The notes beneath the pieces were generated by a model. It had not been told where the DNA came from and did not search any database. It was given only the letters and a program-made list of their open reading frames with translations. The position numbers and the translations under genes were made by a program. A stretch of DNA of 24,000 nt from Prochlorococcus sp. MIT 0603 (lineage in GTDB: Bacteria; Cyanobacteriota; Cyanobacteriia; PCC-6307; Cyanobiaceae), in NCBI RefSeq assembly GCF_047303175.1, contig NZ_CP138945.1; one strand, 5' to 3'. This document shows, one piece after another, positions 1 through 9,701 of this stretch (the stretch's first letter is position 1; each line of letters starts with the position of its first letter).

Positions 1-295
1 CAATAAAATTACCAAATCTATAAATTCCACGTCTATTACCTAATGCTTTGGAAATAGCTTGTCCAAGAGCAATCCCTACATCTTCATTAGTGTGATGATC
101 ATCAATATGTGTATCTCCTTTTGCTATTACTTCTAGGTCTATTAAACCGTGGCTAGAGAGTTGATGAAGCATATGATCTAGGAAGGCAATCCCCGAAGAA
201 ATTTTGTTTTTTCCAGAGCCATCAAGATTCACCTGAACATTTACGTCAGTTTCATTGGTGATTCGATGAATGCTACCTTGCCGATGAAGATTCAT
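1..295 (-). CDS. hisB: Imidazoleglycerol-phosphate dehydratase, N-terminal ~98 codons only (rest of gene lies beyond window start)
   Basis: Manual reverse-strand translation from ATG at 295-293: [97 protein letters not shown]..., open to the window edge. The FLDHML and DDHHTNED motifs are hallmarks of IGPD. It is absent from the ORF track because it is open-ended. Confidence 0.9.
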   Translation of the reverse strand, partial: MNLHRQGSIHRITNETDVNVQVNLDGSGKNKISSGIAFLDHMLHQLSSHGLIDLEVIAKGDTHIDDHHTNEDVGIALGQAISKALGNRRGIYRFGNFI

Positions 296-332
296 ATATT
301 TAGTTGATCTATAAGATATGGTGACATCAAAA

Positions 333-1115
333 TTACATTCCGTTAATGCAATATCCAGCATCTACGTAAATCGTTTGACCTGATATACCACTTGAGAGAT
401 CACTTAGAAGGAATGCGGCAGTATTTCCGACTTCTTTTTGAGTCACTGTTCGTCGCAATGGTGCTTTTTCTTCAACATTGTGGATCATGTCAAGTATCCC
501 ACCAATTGCAGAACTGGCCAAGGTCCTAATAGGACCAGCACTTATTGCATTTACTCGAATTTGTTTTTCAGGACCTAACTCTGCGGAAAGATAACGCACA
601 GATGCCTCTAGAGCTGCTTTCGCAACTCCCATAACGTTGTAATTGGGGATTGCTCTTTCTGCACCTAAATAGGTCAAAGTTACAACGCCTGCATTTTCAC
701 TGAAGAGAGGTTTTGCATACCTACAAAGTGGCGCAATTGAATATGCACTTATGTTTAATGCCCTCTCAAAACCTTCTGAAGTGGTAGCACTATAATCTCC
801 AATTAGCTCTTCTTTACCAGCAAAAGCAAGGCAATGCACCAATCCATCTAATTTGCCCCATTTGGTTTTAATTTCATTGAAAACTTCTTCAATTTGGTTA
901 TTGTTTTGAACGTTAAGAGGTAAAAATAGGCTTGGCTTGAGTGGAGCAGTTAATTCTCGTACTTTACTTTCAAATCTTCCCTTATCGTCTGGTAGATATG
1001 TGATTCCTAATTCTGCTCCACCCGCATGAAGTTGTTGGGCTATACCCCAGGCTATAGAGCGATTATTGGCAATTCCTGTTACAAGGATTCTTTTGCCACT
1101 GAGATCTAGAAGCAT
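333..1115 (-). CDS. fabI: Enoyl-[acyl-carrier-protein] reductase (NADH), SDR family
   Basis: 260-aa ORF. It has the N-terminal [13 protein letters not shown] dinucleotide-binding region and the catalytic Tyr-x6-Lys ([12 protein letters not shown]). Length and sequence are typical of FabI. Confidence 0.95.
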   Translation of the reverse strand: MLLDLSGKRILVTGIANNRSIAWGIAQQLHAGGAELGITYLPDDKGRFESKVRELTAPLKPSLFLPLNVQNNNQIEEVFNEIKTKWGKLDGLVHCLAFAGKEELIGDYSATTSEGFERALNISAYSIAPLCRYAKPLFSENAGVVTLTYLGAERAIPNYNVMGVAKAALEASVRYLSAELGPEKQIRVNAISAGPIRTLASSAIGGILDMIHNVEEKAPLRRTVTQKEVGNTAAFLLSDLSSGISGQTIYVDAGYCINGM

Positions 1116-1226
1116 CTTTTCGAGGATGATTGAAAAGGGTTTGTTAATTCTCTCTTACTGAGGGTGCATTGAGGAATATAAATAAGAAACTATTTTTATT
1201 ACACATAGCAAGAAGCCTTTGGAATT

Positions 1227-1847
1227 ATGACTAAAACTTCATCAACCATGCTCCCTTTAGGGTCTGTTTTGCCAGATTTTGATTTGCCTTTAGTAAAGGT
1301 AGATGATCCGAAAGATAATTCTATTGATGACTCTTCTGACCGAATGAATATACATATGCTGAACAGTAAACCTGTCTTGGTAATGGTGCTTTGTGCACAC
1401 TGCCCTTTTGTAAAACATGTTGAACACCAAATTACTCAGTTGAATGATGATTTTGGAGATACTATTCAATTGGTTGGAATAGCAAGTAATTGCTTAGAAA
1501 CACATCCCCAAGATGGACCTGAATATTTAGCTAAACAAATAACTGAAAATCGATGGACTTTCCCTTATTTACTTGATTTAGAACAAGCTTTTGCAAAATC
1601 TTTAAAGGCTGCTTGTACTCCAGACTTCTTCCTTTTTGCTACTTCTTTGAATGGGGAACATAGATTGATTTATCGTGGTCAGCTTGATAGCAGCAGGCCG
1701 GGTAACAATATCCCTTCGACTGGGTCTGATATAAGGAGTGCACTAGACGCTATCTTGAATTCTCGAAAGGTTTCGATTGTTCAGAAGCCTTCAATAGGAT
1801 GCAATATTAAGTGGAAGCCTGGGTTGGAACCACCTTGGTTTCAATGA
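1227..1847 (+). CDS. Thioredoxin-fold thiol-disulfide oxidoreductase / peroxiredoxin-like (AhpC/TSA-like) protein
   Basis: 206-aa ORF with a CxxC motif (CAHCP) after a beta-strand (PVLVMVL), a conserved C-terminal SIGCNIKW motif, and a PDF motif near the N-terminus. The start could instead be the second ATG at 1248 (MLPLGSVLPDFDLP). Confidence 0.7.
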   Translation: MTKTSSTMLPLGSVLPDFDLPLVKVDDPKDNSIDDSSDRMNIHMLNSKPVLVMVLCAHCPFVKHVEHQITQLNDDFGDTIQLVGIASNCLETHPQDGPEYLAKQITENRWTFPYLLDLEQAFAKSLKAACTPDFFLFATSLNGEHRLIYRGQLDSSRPGNNIPSTGSDIRSALDAILNSRKVSIVQKPSIGCNIKWKPGLEPPWFQ

Positions 1848-1891
1848 ATAGCAACTCAAGATTATTCAAAGAAAGTACTTGAGGCCTTAAG

Positions 1892-3097
1892 GTGAAGTTT
1901 ATGCAGATACCACCTTTTACTCTTGAAAAACAACTGTCCAAAATCGGACAGGATCTTGATTCAGCTGTGTTGAGGGTTTTAAATAGTGGTAATTACATTG
2001 GTGGTTTAGAAGTAACTGCTTTTGAGAAATCATTTTCAAAAGCCATTGGTGTTAGTTATTCAATAGGCTGTAATAGTGGGACAGATGCACTGATACTTGC
2101 GTTAAGAGCACTTGATATAGGACCTGGTGATGAAGTAATCACAGCCTCTTTTGGCTTTTTTGCATCAGCTGAGGCAATTAGTAATGTAGGAGCAAAGCCA
2201 GTTTTTGTTGATGTTGATCCAGAAAACTATTTGCTAGATATAAATCTAATTAAGGGGGCCATCACTTCTTCAACAAAAGCTATTTTGCCAGTCCATCTGT
2301 TTGGTTGCCCTGTAGATATGACTCAAATACTTTCTTTGGCTAAAGAATATGGATTAAAAGTCATTGAAGATTGTGCACAAGCTGCTGGATCTCAATGGGA
2401 AGGGCATCCAGTAGGAAGTATTGGAGATATTGGTTGCTTTAGTTTTTTCCCCACGAAGAATCTCGGTGCGGCTGGTGATGCTGGAGCGGTTACTACAAAT
2501 GACCCAGAACTTGCTCAAAGGATTAAAGAACTTGCTGTTCATGGAATGCCTAGAAGATATTTTCATACAGAACTTGGCTATAACAGTCGACTGGATGCTA
2601 TTCAGGCGGCAATATTAAATGTCAAATTACCAATGCTTTCAGAATGGATCAAAAAGCGAAAAGAAATTGCATCTATTTATAAAGAGTTGCTAAAAGACTT
2701 GCCTGGGTTAGGATTGCCTCATGACTTTATAAATAATAGTCAGATTCATTCCTGGAATCAGTTTGTAGTAAGAGTTCAACCTTTTAGCAATGATCGAAAA
2801 AAAACTTTGGAATATCAATTTGATGAGAATATAGAAAAAAATTACCCAGCTTTGCCAGATAGTTTTGCTCGTAATTGGTTGAAAGCAAACCTCTTTGAAA
2901 AAGGAATTAATACAATTATATACTATCCAATACCTATACATTTACAGCCTGCCTATAACAATTTTGGCTATGAAAAATCCATACTGAAAAATACGGAGAT
3001 GCTTTGCAGCGAAGTTCTTAGCCTGCCAATTTACCCTGAATTAGAACTTAATGAGCAAGAGTATATTGCGAATGTAATTAGAGAATTATTGTCATAA
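1892..3097 (+). CDS. DegT/DnrJ/EryC1/StrS-family PLP-dependent sugar aminotransferase
   Basis: 401-aa ORF. The PLP-lysine context is FSFFPTKNLGAAGDAGAVTTND, and the C-terminal motif YYPIPIHLQPAY is typical of the family. The ORF-track start is GTG at 1892. ATG at 1901 (MQIPPFTLEKQ) sits 10 nt after AAGG and is the more likely start. Confidence 0.85.
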   Translation: MKFMQIPPFTLEKQLSKIGQDLDSAVLRVLNSGNYIGGLEVTAFEKSFSKAIGVSYSIGCNSGTDALILALRALDIGPGDEVITASFGFFASAEAISNVGAKPVFVDVDPENYLLDINLIKGAITSSTKAILPVHLFGCPVDMTQILSLAKEYGLKVIEDCAQAAGSQWEGHPVGSIGDIGCFSFFPTKNLGAAGDAGAVTTNDPELAQRIKELAVHGMPRRYFHTELGYNSRLDAIQAAILNVKLPMLSEWIKKRKEIASIYKELLKDLPGLGLPHDFINNSQIHSWNQFVVRVQPFSNDRKKTLEYQFDENIEKNYPALPDSFARNWLKANLFEKGINTIIYYPIPIHLQPAYNNFGYEKSILKNTEMLCSEVLSLPIYPELELNEQEYIANVIRELLS

Positions 3098-3121
3098 ATA
3101 ATAGTTATTTAATAATACTCT

Positions 3122-3682
3122 TTAAAGATTTAAGAATTGACATGCTCTATGCCAAGCTGTAATGCTCTTTCCGTCAAGCGGCTCCTCCCCGCTTGCAATG
3201 CAATTCTCAAGTTCTTCCTTAGTCATTTCTAAAACCTCAATATCTTCATCTAGATCTCCTTTTGGCTTATTAATTAAGGCTTTGATTGTTCGAGCTAGAA
3301 ACATATGAATTACTTCGTCTGAGTAGCCTGGACAAGGAATCATTAACCCTAAAGAATCCCATTGAGAAGCTTTATATCCAGACTCTTCTTGTAATTCTCT
3401 CTTGATTGATGCAAGGGGTTCTTCATTTGTTTCAAGAGTTCCTGCAGGAAATTCAAGAATTCTTCTAGATACTGCAAATCTATATTGCCTCAAAACAATT
3501 ATTTTTCCATCCTCTTTAATTGGGACTGCTAAGGCTGCTCCTGGATGCCGAATCATCCCAAAGGTTCCTTGAATACCAATAGGAAGCTCGACTTTCTTAA
3601 TTTCAAAATTAAGTTTTTTTGAGTTTACTGAGTGTATGGTTTTTATAATTTTTGATGGTTCTGTTGGTGCTAAGGGTGCCAT
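3122..3682 (-). CDS. Nudix hydrolase, ADP-ribose/ADP-sugar pyrophosphatase-like
   Basis: 186-aa ORF with a complete Nudix box Gx5Ex7REUxEExGU (GTLETNEEPLASIKRELQEESGY). The upstream LRQYRFA...LEFPAG segment and prolines about 13-15 residues after the box resemble the NudF/ADPRase subfamily. Confidence 0.8.
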   Translation of the reverse strand: MAPLAPTEPSKIIKTIHSVNSKKLNFEIKKVELPIGIQGTFGMIRHPGAALAVPIKEDGKIIVLRQYRFAVSRRILEFPAGTLETNEEPLASIKRELQEESGYKASQWDSLGLMIPCPGYSDEVIHMFLARTIKALINKPKGDLDEDIEVLEMTKEELENCIASGEEPLDGKSITAWHRACQFLNL

Positions 3683-3751
3683 AACTTAATAGTTCCTAAA
3701 AGGCTCTAGATATTTTGATCATATTCTTTCTATTTGATTATTTGAAAATTG

Positions 3752-4345
3752 TTAGTCTTCCCACCCATGCTGAGGAGAGATCTTGATTGGTCTATTTGAT
3801 TTTTTTTGGAGTGCTTCAGCCAATGGAATAATAACAAAATCTCTTTCTGATAGACGAGGGTGAGGAAGAGTTAATTCTGAACTTTGTACTTTGAGATTCC
3901 CCCAAGAAAGAAAATCTATATCCAACGATCTAGGCCCCCAATGAATTGAGGCATTGCTTCTATCTCTACCAAACATTTTTTCTATTTCCAAAAATCTCTT
4001 TAAAAGATCTTTTGCTGCTAATACAGAAGGATTTAGTTTTTCAAGCTCTCCCCCCTCCGCAACTAATGCAGCATTAACAAAGTTGGGCTGTCCTTTTGGA
4101 CCACCTATGGGTTCGGTTAGATAAAGGGGAGACCAGTGAAAATTGATTTTTAAATCCACCCCAAGATTTAGTGAGTTCTTACTACCATTTGATTCCAGGA
4201 ATGTATCAGTCCATACATTTATAACTTGTTCTATATAAGGCTTTGCCTTAATTAAAGTTAATTCTGGTGGACCAATCGGACTGTTAATGTTTCCACCTAA
4301 TCCAATTGAAAGACTTTTCGGAATTGAATTGTTTTGGGAAGACAT
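3752..4345 (-). CDS. folK: 2-amino-4-hydroxy-6-hydroxymethyldihydropteridine pyrophosphokinase (HPPK)
   Basis: 197-aa ORF. The C-terminal signature LTLPHPRLSERDFVIIPLAEAL and the WGPRSLDIDFL motif are characteristic of HPPK. Confidence 0.8.
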   Translation of the reverse strand: MSSQNNSIPKSLSIGLGGNINSPIGPPELTLIKAKPYIEQVINVWTDTFLESNGSKNSLNLGVDLKINFHWSPLYLTEPIGGPKGQPNFVNAALVAEGGELEKLNPSVLAAKDLLKRFLEIEKMFGRDRSNASIHWGPRSLDIDFLSWGNLKVQSSELTLPHPRLSERDFVIIPLAEALQKKSNRPIKISPQHGWED

Positions 4346-4381
4346 GCTCTAATGAGTCAAAATGATGATGAATGATCCACA

Positions 4382-6517
4382 TTGAGAGATTCGATGGTTT
4401 CTACAGGAGCAGAAGCAAAGGGTATTGCTACCGATCTTCCTTCATTGGAGGAATCTAAAAGAGCTTTCCCATTGGCAGCAATCACTGGCCATGGGACTTT
4501 GAAATTAGCTTTAATGCTTGCTGCAGTTGATCCTGGCTTAGGTGGAGTTATTATTGCAGGAGGTAGAGGGACTGGTAAATCAGTTTTAGCAAGAGGTTTA
4601 CATGCTCTTTTGCCTCCCATTGAGGTTTTAGATGTTGATGGATTGGCAAGCTTAAATAGCACTAGACCTTTTGGCAGAAATCTTGATCCTAATTTCCCTG
4701 ATGAATGGGATGATGCTACAAATAAGCTCATTAAAGAAAGTAGGACATTAAAGGTTTCTGGAAAAGACTTAGAACTACCTACAAAAGTCATTCAAGCTCC
4801 TTTTATACAAGTTCCACTTGGGATTACAGAAGATCGACTAGTTGGGTCGGTAGATGTTACTTCTTCGTTAGAGAGCGGTTCTGCTGTATTTCAACCAGGT
4901 TTATTAGCAGAATCACATAGAGGTGTTCTTTATATAGATGAACTAAATCTTTTAGATGATGGAATAGTAAATCTTATGTTAGCGGCAGTTGGAGCAAGGG
5001 AAAACCAGGTGGAACGGGAAGGCCTAAGCCTTAGTCATCCTTGTCGACCACTTTTAATTGCTACATACAACCCTGAGGAAGGAGCTGTTCGAGACCATCT
5101 CTTAGATCGTTTTGCGATTGTGTTGTCTGCTGATCAGATTATATCTACTGAGCAAAGAGTAGAGATTACTCAATCTGCAATTGCTTTTGGCACAAGTACT
5201 GAGGATTTTTCGAAGCAATGGGAGGAATCAACAGAAGCCTTGGCTACTCAGTTGTTATTGGCTAGGCAATGGCTTCCTGATGTAGTACTTGGTAAAGAAC
5301 AAATAGAATATTTGGTTAACGAAGCAGTTCGTGGTGGTGTTGAAGGTCATCGTTCGGAACTTTATGCTGCTCGAGTAGCAAAAGCTCATGCTGCTTTATG
5401 TGGAAGAGACAAGGTTGATGCTGAAGATTTGCAAATAGCCGTTCGTTTGGTTATTGCACCTAGAGCATTGCAGCTGCCACCAGATGAAGAGCAAATGGAA
5501 CCTCCTCAACCAGAAGATCAGCAGCAGCCTCCGCCGCCTCAAGATGACTCTATAGATGATGATTCAGATGATGAAGAGATTGAAGACGAAGACACACCTG
5601 AAGATCAGTCGGCTCCGCCTGTTCCAGAGGAATTTTTATTAGATCCTGAAGCTTGCGCAATTGATCCTGACCTGCTGCTTTTTTCTGCTGCAAAATCAAA
5701 AAGTGGAAGTAGTGGAAGTAGATCAGCAGTTTTTAGTGATAGCAGGGGTAGGTATGTAAAGCCAATTATTCCCCGTGGACCTGTTTCGAGAATTGCTGTT
5801 GATGCAACTTTAAGAGCAGCTGCGCCATATCAGAAAGCACGCAGGGAGCGTGAGCCTGGTAGGAAAGTTATCGTTGAGGAAGGAGATTTGCGAGCGAAGC
5901 TTCTTCAAAAGAAAGCAGGTTCTTTGGTTATCTTTTTAGTTGATGCAAGTGGGTCAATGGCATTAAATCGTATGCAAAGTGCTAAAGGTGCATTAATCAG
6001 ACTATTAACAGAAGCGTATGAAAGTAGAGATGAAGTTTCTTTGATTCCATTTAGGGGAGAGCAAGCTGAGGTATTGCTTCCGCCTACCAGATCTATTACT
6101 GCTGCAAAACGTAGGTTGGAAACTATGCCTTGTGGAGGAGGCTCTCCTCTTGCGCATGGCTTAACTCAAGCAGCAAGAGTAGGAGCAAATGCATTGGCTA
6201 CTGGCGATTTGGGTCAGGTTGTTGTTGTTGCAATAACTGATGGGAGGGGAAATATTCCTCTTAGTAAATCTTTAGGACAACCTGAATTGGAAGGAGAACA
6301 GGCTGTGGACTTAAAACAAGAAACGTTAGATGTTGCGGCTAGATATCGCACTTTAGGGATAAAGTTATTAGTAATAGATACAGAAAGAAAGTTTATAGCT
6401 AGTGGCATCGGTAAAGAACTGGCAGATGCTGCTGGGGGGAAATATGTTCAACTGCCTAAAGCAACTGATCAAGCACTTGCTTCTATTGCTATGGATGCAA
6501 TTAATACTGTAAAATAA
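4382..6517 (+). CDS. chlD: Magnesium-protoporphyrin IX chelatase subunit D
   Basis: 711-aa ORF with three parts: an N-terminal AAA+ module ([19 protein letters not shown]), a Pro/Asp/Glu-rich linker, and a C-terminal vWA domain with MIDAS (FLVDASGSM). The ORF-track start is TTG at 4382. The in-frame ATG at 4394 ([10 protein letters not shown]) is the more likely start. Confidence 0.95.
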   Translation: MRDSMVSTGAEAKGIATDLPSLEESKRAFPLAAITGHGTLKLALMLAAVDPGLGGVIIAGGRGTGKSVLARGLHALLPPIEVLDVDGLASLNSTRPFGRNLDPNFPDEWDDATNKLIKESRTLKVSGKDLELPTKVIQAPFIQVPLGITEDRLVGSVDVTSSLESGSAVFQPGLLAESHRGVLYIDELNLLDDGIVNLMLAAVGARENQVEREGLSLSHPCRPLLIATYNPEEGAVRDHLLDRFAIVLSADQIISTEQRVEITQSAIAFGTSTEDFSKQWEESTEALATQLLLARQWLPDVVLGKEQIEYLVNEAVRGGVEGHRSELYAARVAKAHAALCGRDKVDAEDLQIAVRLVIAPRALQLPPDEEQMEPPQPEDQQQPPPPQDDSIDDDSDDEEIEDEDTPEDQSAPPVPEEFLLDPEACAIDPDLLLFSAAKSKSGSSGSRSAVFSDSRGRYVKPIIPRGPVSRIAVDATLRAAAPYQKARREREPGRKVIVEEGDLRAKLLQKKAGSLVIFLVDASGSMALNRMQSAKGALIRLLTEAYESRDEVSLIPFRGEQAEVLLPPTRSITAAKRRLETMPCGGGSPLAHGLTQAARVGANALATGDLGQVVVVAITDGRGNIPLSKSLGQPELEGEQAVDLKQETLDVAARYRTLGIKLLVIDTERKFIASGIGKELADAAGGKYVQLPKATDQALASIAMDAINTVK

Positions 6518-6534
6518 TATTTCGGGTATTCAAT

Positions 6535-7380
6535 CTATTCGTATATATCTTTGAACAACTTGCCTACACCAATTGCTGCATCTTTTATTGCATTAGTTAG
6601 ATCTTCGTCATTTATTAGCTCATCAACTTTGTCACTTATCTTGTCAATCTTTGCTGTAAAAGAACGAATTGAATTAGTGCTTGATTTTATATTCCCAAGT
6701 ACCTTTGGATCATCTATTGAACCTAAGATGTTATTCATATGATCCACTGTTCTTTTAAGATCTTCTACTATTGGTTTTGCTTTATTAAGCTCTTGCTTTG
6801 AGAGCCTAATCAATTCATCTAGATTTTCTTGGGTACTATCAAATTGTTCAATAGAAGCAACAATTTTCTTTATAACCTCATTGTTTTCAGCTTCATTTAG
6901 AAGTTTATTTATATCACCAGTTAGTCTTGATATATTCGTAAGGTCGGCTCCTTGTATATAGTCTCCTTCGCAAAGAATTAGTTTTGGTAAACATTTTTTC
7001 CCAATTGGTTTTAAATCTAATTTATCAATTGGTTTGCCTTGGCTAATAATAGAGATTTGAGCATCACCTCCAAGGAGTGAACTTGTCTCAATTTTTGCAG
7101 AAACTGGTTTAAATAAAATAATATCCTTGCTATTAATTCTTATTTTTGCTTGTACATCTTTTGGTGTAATAGTGATTTGCTTTACATTTCCTATTTGAAT
7201 CCCTCTAAAAGTAACTGGTGTCCCTTCAGATAGACCTGTTGCATCTGTAAATTTTGCAGTAATAGACCATGTCCCTTTGCTCACTTTTATTCCTTGAAGC
7301 CAAAAAGTTAGACCTGAAAAAATTACCACCCCTCCTATAAGGGAGAAGCCGACAATGGCATCACGGTAGCTGCGACGCAT
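6535..7380 (-). CDS. MCE/MlaD-family (TGD2-like) substrate-binding component of an ABC lipid transporter, with long C-terminal helical region
   Basis: 281-aa ORF. It has an N-terminal TM helix (IVGFSLIGGVVIFSGLTFWL) and an MCE beta-barrel region (GLSEGTPVTFRGIQIGNVKQI). The last ~130 residues are K/E/N/D/I/L-rich and helix-prone. It lies 2 nt downstream of the ATPase gene on the same strand. Confidence 0.75.
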   Translation of the reverse strand: MRRSYRDAIVGFSLIGGVVIFSGLTFWLQGIKVSKGTWSITAKFTDATGLSEGTPVTFRGIQIGNVKQITITPKDVQAKIRINSKDIILFKPVSAKIETSSLLGGDAQISIISQGKPIDKLDLKPIGKKCLPKLILCEGDYIQGADLTNISRLTGDINKLLNEAENNEVIKKIVASIEQFDSTQENLDELIRLSKQELNKAKPIVEDLKRTVDHMNNILGSIDDPKVLGNIKSSTNSIRSFTAKIDKISDKVDELINDEDLTNAIKDAAIGVGKLFKDIYE

Positions 7381-7382
7381 AA

Positions 7383-8198
7383 TTATGAAATCTCTTTAGG
7401 TTGCATTGGTCCTTCAAGACTACCTGTTCGGAACTGTTTAATGAAGGGGTTTTGAGTATTTTTAAAATCTTCCATAGATCCATCCCATTGAAATTCACCC
7501 CCATATAGCATTACAACTCTTTCAGCAGCTCTTTCTATAGTGCTCTTTACGTGACTAACTACTATTGAACAACCTTTTGCCAAAGTTGTAGTTTTAACTA
7601 TTAAGTCTTCGATTCTTGTGCTTGCTACAGGATCTAATCCTGCTGTTGGTTCATCAAATAGTAATAGTGGCATTGATGTTGATGGCTTTAAAGGGTCATT
7701 GATTAAAGCTCTTGCAAAACTTACTCGTTTTTGCATTCCGCCACTTAGTTGTCCTGGAAATTTATCCGCAACATCATATAAACCAACTTCTTCAAGACAT
7801 GAAGTCACAATATCTTTGATTTTCTTTTCACTAATATTTGAATTCTTGTGTAAAAGAAATCCTACATTTTCTCCAACTGTTAGAGAGGCAATTAGCGCTG
7901 GATTTTGAAAAACTAATCTTACATCAGGTGGTAAATCTTGGTCTAGCCTTAGATAATTTTGGAGAATTCCAAACAATCTTAAATCTCCAGCTGATGGCAG
8001 TAATAGCCCTGCTAATAATCTCAGGACTGTTGATTTGCCTGAACCAGATGGGCCAATAATTGCTATCCTTTCTCCTGGCTTCATTTTGAGAGTTACTTTG
8101 TTTAGTACAGAATTTGAACCCCAACCCATTGATAAATTATCCATCTCCACTACTGGTGAGATTTGTTTTTCTAACGTCTTAGTTGATAAATCTTGCAT
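7383..8198 (-). CDS. ABC transporter ATP-binding protein (MlaF/TGD3-like)
   Basis: 271-aa ORF with Walker A GPSGSGKST, ABC signature LSGGMQKR, Walker B LLLFDEPTAGLD, and an H-loop (VVSH). Confidence 0.9.
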   Translation of the reverse strand: MQDLSTKTLEKQISPVVEMDNLSMGWGSNSVLNKVTLKMKPGERIAIIGPSGSGKSTVLRLLAGLLLPSAGDLRLFGILQNYLRLDQDLPPDVRLVFQNPALIASLTVGENVGFLLHKNSNISEKKIKDIVTSCLEEVGLYDVADKFPGQLSGGMQKRVSFARALINDPLKPSTSMPLLLFDEPTAGLDPVASTRIEDLIVKTTTLAKGCSIVVSHVKSTIERAAERVVMLYGGEFQWDGSMEDFKNTQNPFIKQFRTGSLEGPMQPKEIS

Positions 8199-8294
8199 AT
8201 CAATATTTGTTTGATTGGACTATAAAGTAGTTTCTCTTAGAGTTCATTTAAATTCAATCATTTAGATTCTGAACGTGTCCTCTCTCTTAGACTA

Positions 8295-9701
8295 TTGAAA
8301 GAAAGGATTTCTACAAAGCGCAAATCTTTAAGATGGCGTAAAAAGAATTCCCGACGAGCTGGGAAATTAAGTTTTCTATGGCGAATTCAAAGACCACTTG
8401 GATGGCTTGTGCCGGGATTGGTCGTTAAGAGATGGATGCTTACATCAGGCTTTGGATTAATAGTTGCATTGTTTGGAGTCACTATATGGGCTGATTTACG
8501 ACCGATTTATTGGCTCATAGAAGTAATGTTTCTTTTAATAGGAATGATTACTAAGTTTTTGCCTGGAAGTATTACTGGACCAATAGTTTTGCTTGTTGGT
8601 ATTTCACTTTTGATTTTAGGTCAGAGTAGAAGCTTTAAATCAATTCAGAAGGCGGTAGCACCTGAAAAAGATGATGTTTTAATAGATGCTTTGCTGGCAA
8701 AAAGTAAACTTAACAGGGGACCAAATATTGTAGCCATAGGAGGGGGTACGGGCCTTTCAACATTGTTGCAAGGCTTGAAAAGGTATAGCAATAGGATTAC
8801 AGCCATTGTTACCGTTGCTGATGATGGAGGCAGTAGTGGAATATTAAGGCGAGAGCTTGGCGTTCAACCTCCAGGGGATATACGGAATTGTTTGGCAGCT
8901 TTATCAACCGAAGAGTCTCTTCTTACAAGACTTTTTCAATATCGTTTTTCTTCTGGGACAGGTCTTGTTGGGCATAGTTTTGGCAACCTTTTCTTATCTG
9001 CTTTAACTTCGATTACAGGTAATTTGGAAACAGCAATTACTGCTTCCAGCAGAGTTTTGGCTGTACAGGGACAGGTGGTGCCTGCTACTAATGCTGATGT
9101 GCGTTTATGGGCAGAGCTTGAGAATGGGGAAAGAATTGAAGGTGAGTCAGCAATTAGTCAAGTTCGTTCTCCAATTGCGAGAATCGGTTGTTACCCAGAA
9201 CAACCCTCTGCTCTACCAAGTGCAATTGAAGCTATAGAGAATGCTGAACTAATTATATTAGGTCCTGGAAGTTTATATACTTCACTTTTGCCTAATCTAT
9301 TAGTCCCTGAGATTGTTGAAGCGATTCAACGGAGTAAGGCTACAAAGCTATATGTATGTAACTTAATGACCCAGCCAGGCGAAACTGATGGTCTTGATGC
9401 AACAGGACATGTCAGAGCCATTGAAGCTCAATTAGCAAGCTTTGGAATTACAACAAGAATTTTTAATTCTATTCTTGCTCAGAAGGATTTAGCTCCATCA
9501 GCTTTGCTTGAGTACTATCTTTCCAAAGGAGCTGAACCGGTTCAATGTGATTTGAATAGTCTTAGAGCAAAAGGGTATAAAGTTTGTACTGCATCACTCC
9601 AAGAATTTAGCGCTTCTTCTACATCAGTCCTAAGGCATGATCCTAGGCGTCTTGCAATGGCTGTAATACGTGTTTATAAAAATGATAGAAAAGATCTTTA
9701 A
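8295..9701 (+). CDS. YvcK/CofD-like (UPF0052, gluconeogenesis-factor family) protein with N-terminal membrane-anchoring extension
   Basis: 468-aa ORF. The core has [19 protein letters not shown] and [22 protein letters not shown], typical of the YvcK/CofD family. The N-terminal ~140 aa carry a basic stretch plus about three hydrophobic helices. The start is TTG at 8295. The first in-frame ATG is at 8433, inside the conserved-looking [12 protein letters not shown] segment, so a non-ATG start is plausible but uncertain. Confidence 0.8.
   Translation: MKERISTKRKSLRWRKKNSRRAGKLSFLWRIQRPLGWLVPGLVVKRWMLTSGFGLIVALFGVTIWADLRPIYWLIEVMFLLIGMITKFLPGSITGPIVLLVGISLLILGQSRSFKSIQKAVAPEKDDVLIDALLAKSKLNRGPNIVAIGGGTGLSTLLQGLKRYSNRITAIVTVADDGGSSGILRRELGVQPPGDIRNCLAALSTEESLLTRLFQYRFSSGTGLVGHSFGNLFLSALTSITGNLETAITASSRVLAVQGQVVPATNADVRLWAELENGERIEGESAISQVRSPIARIGCYPEQPSALPSAIEAIENAELIILGPGSLYTSLLPNLLVPEIVEAIQRSKATKLYVCNLMTQPGETDGLDATGHVRAIEAQLASFGITTRIFNSILAQKDLAPSALLEYYLSKGAEPVQCDLNSLRAKGYKVCTASLQEFSASSTSVLRHDPRRLAMAVIRVYKNDRKDL

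Noticed and set aside
2354-2941. Three short ORFs (2354-2566 -, 2421-2618 +, 2708-2941 -) inside the DegT aminotransferase gene
   Set aside because: All are nested in or antisense to a gene with clear family motifs. They have no features of their own.
4357-4791. 144-aa ORF antisense to the 5' part of chlD
   Set aside because: It lies entirely within the strongly supported chlD AAA+ domain on the opposite strand. Its S/P/A/K-rich low-complexity sequence is typical of the antisense frame of a conserved gene, and it has no recognisable motifs.
5470-5635. Pro/Asp/Glu-rich low-complexity stretch and short SGS-coding repeat (about 5699-5725) in chlD
   Set aside because: An acidic, proline-rich linker between the AAA+ and vWA domains is a known, normal feature of ChlD/BchD. 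It is not an insertion or a mobile repeat.
6214-8124. Short ORFs 6214-6408 -, 6551-6742 +, 7618-7908 +, 7838-8059 +, 7924-8124 - overlapping chlD, the MCE gene and the ABC ATPase gene
   Set aside because: These are off-frame or antisense to genes with unambiguous motifs (vWA, MCE, Walker A/B). They are most simply shadow ORFs.
9698-9701. Stop codons of the yvcK-like gene (+) and ndhJ (-) share the palindrome TTAA
   Set aside because: The overlap is real, but it is most simply a by-product of genome compaction. There is no evidence of a regulatory role.
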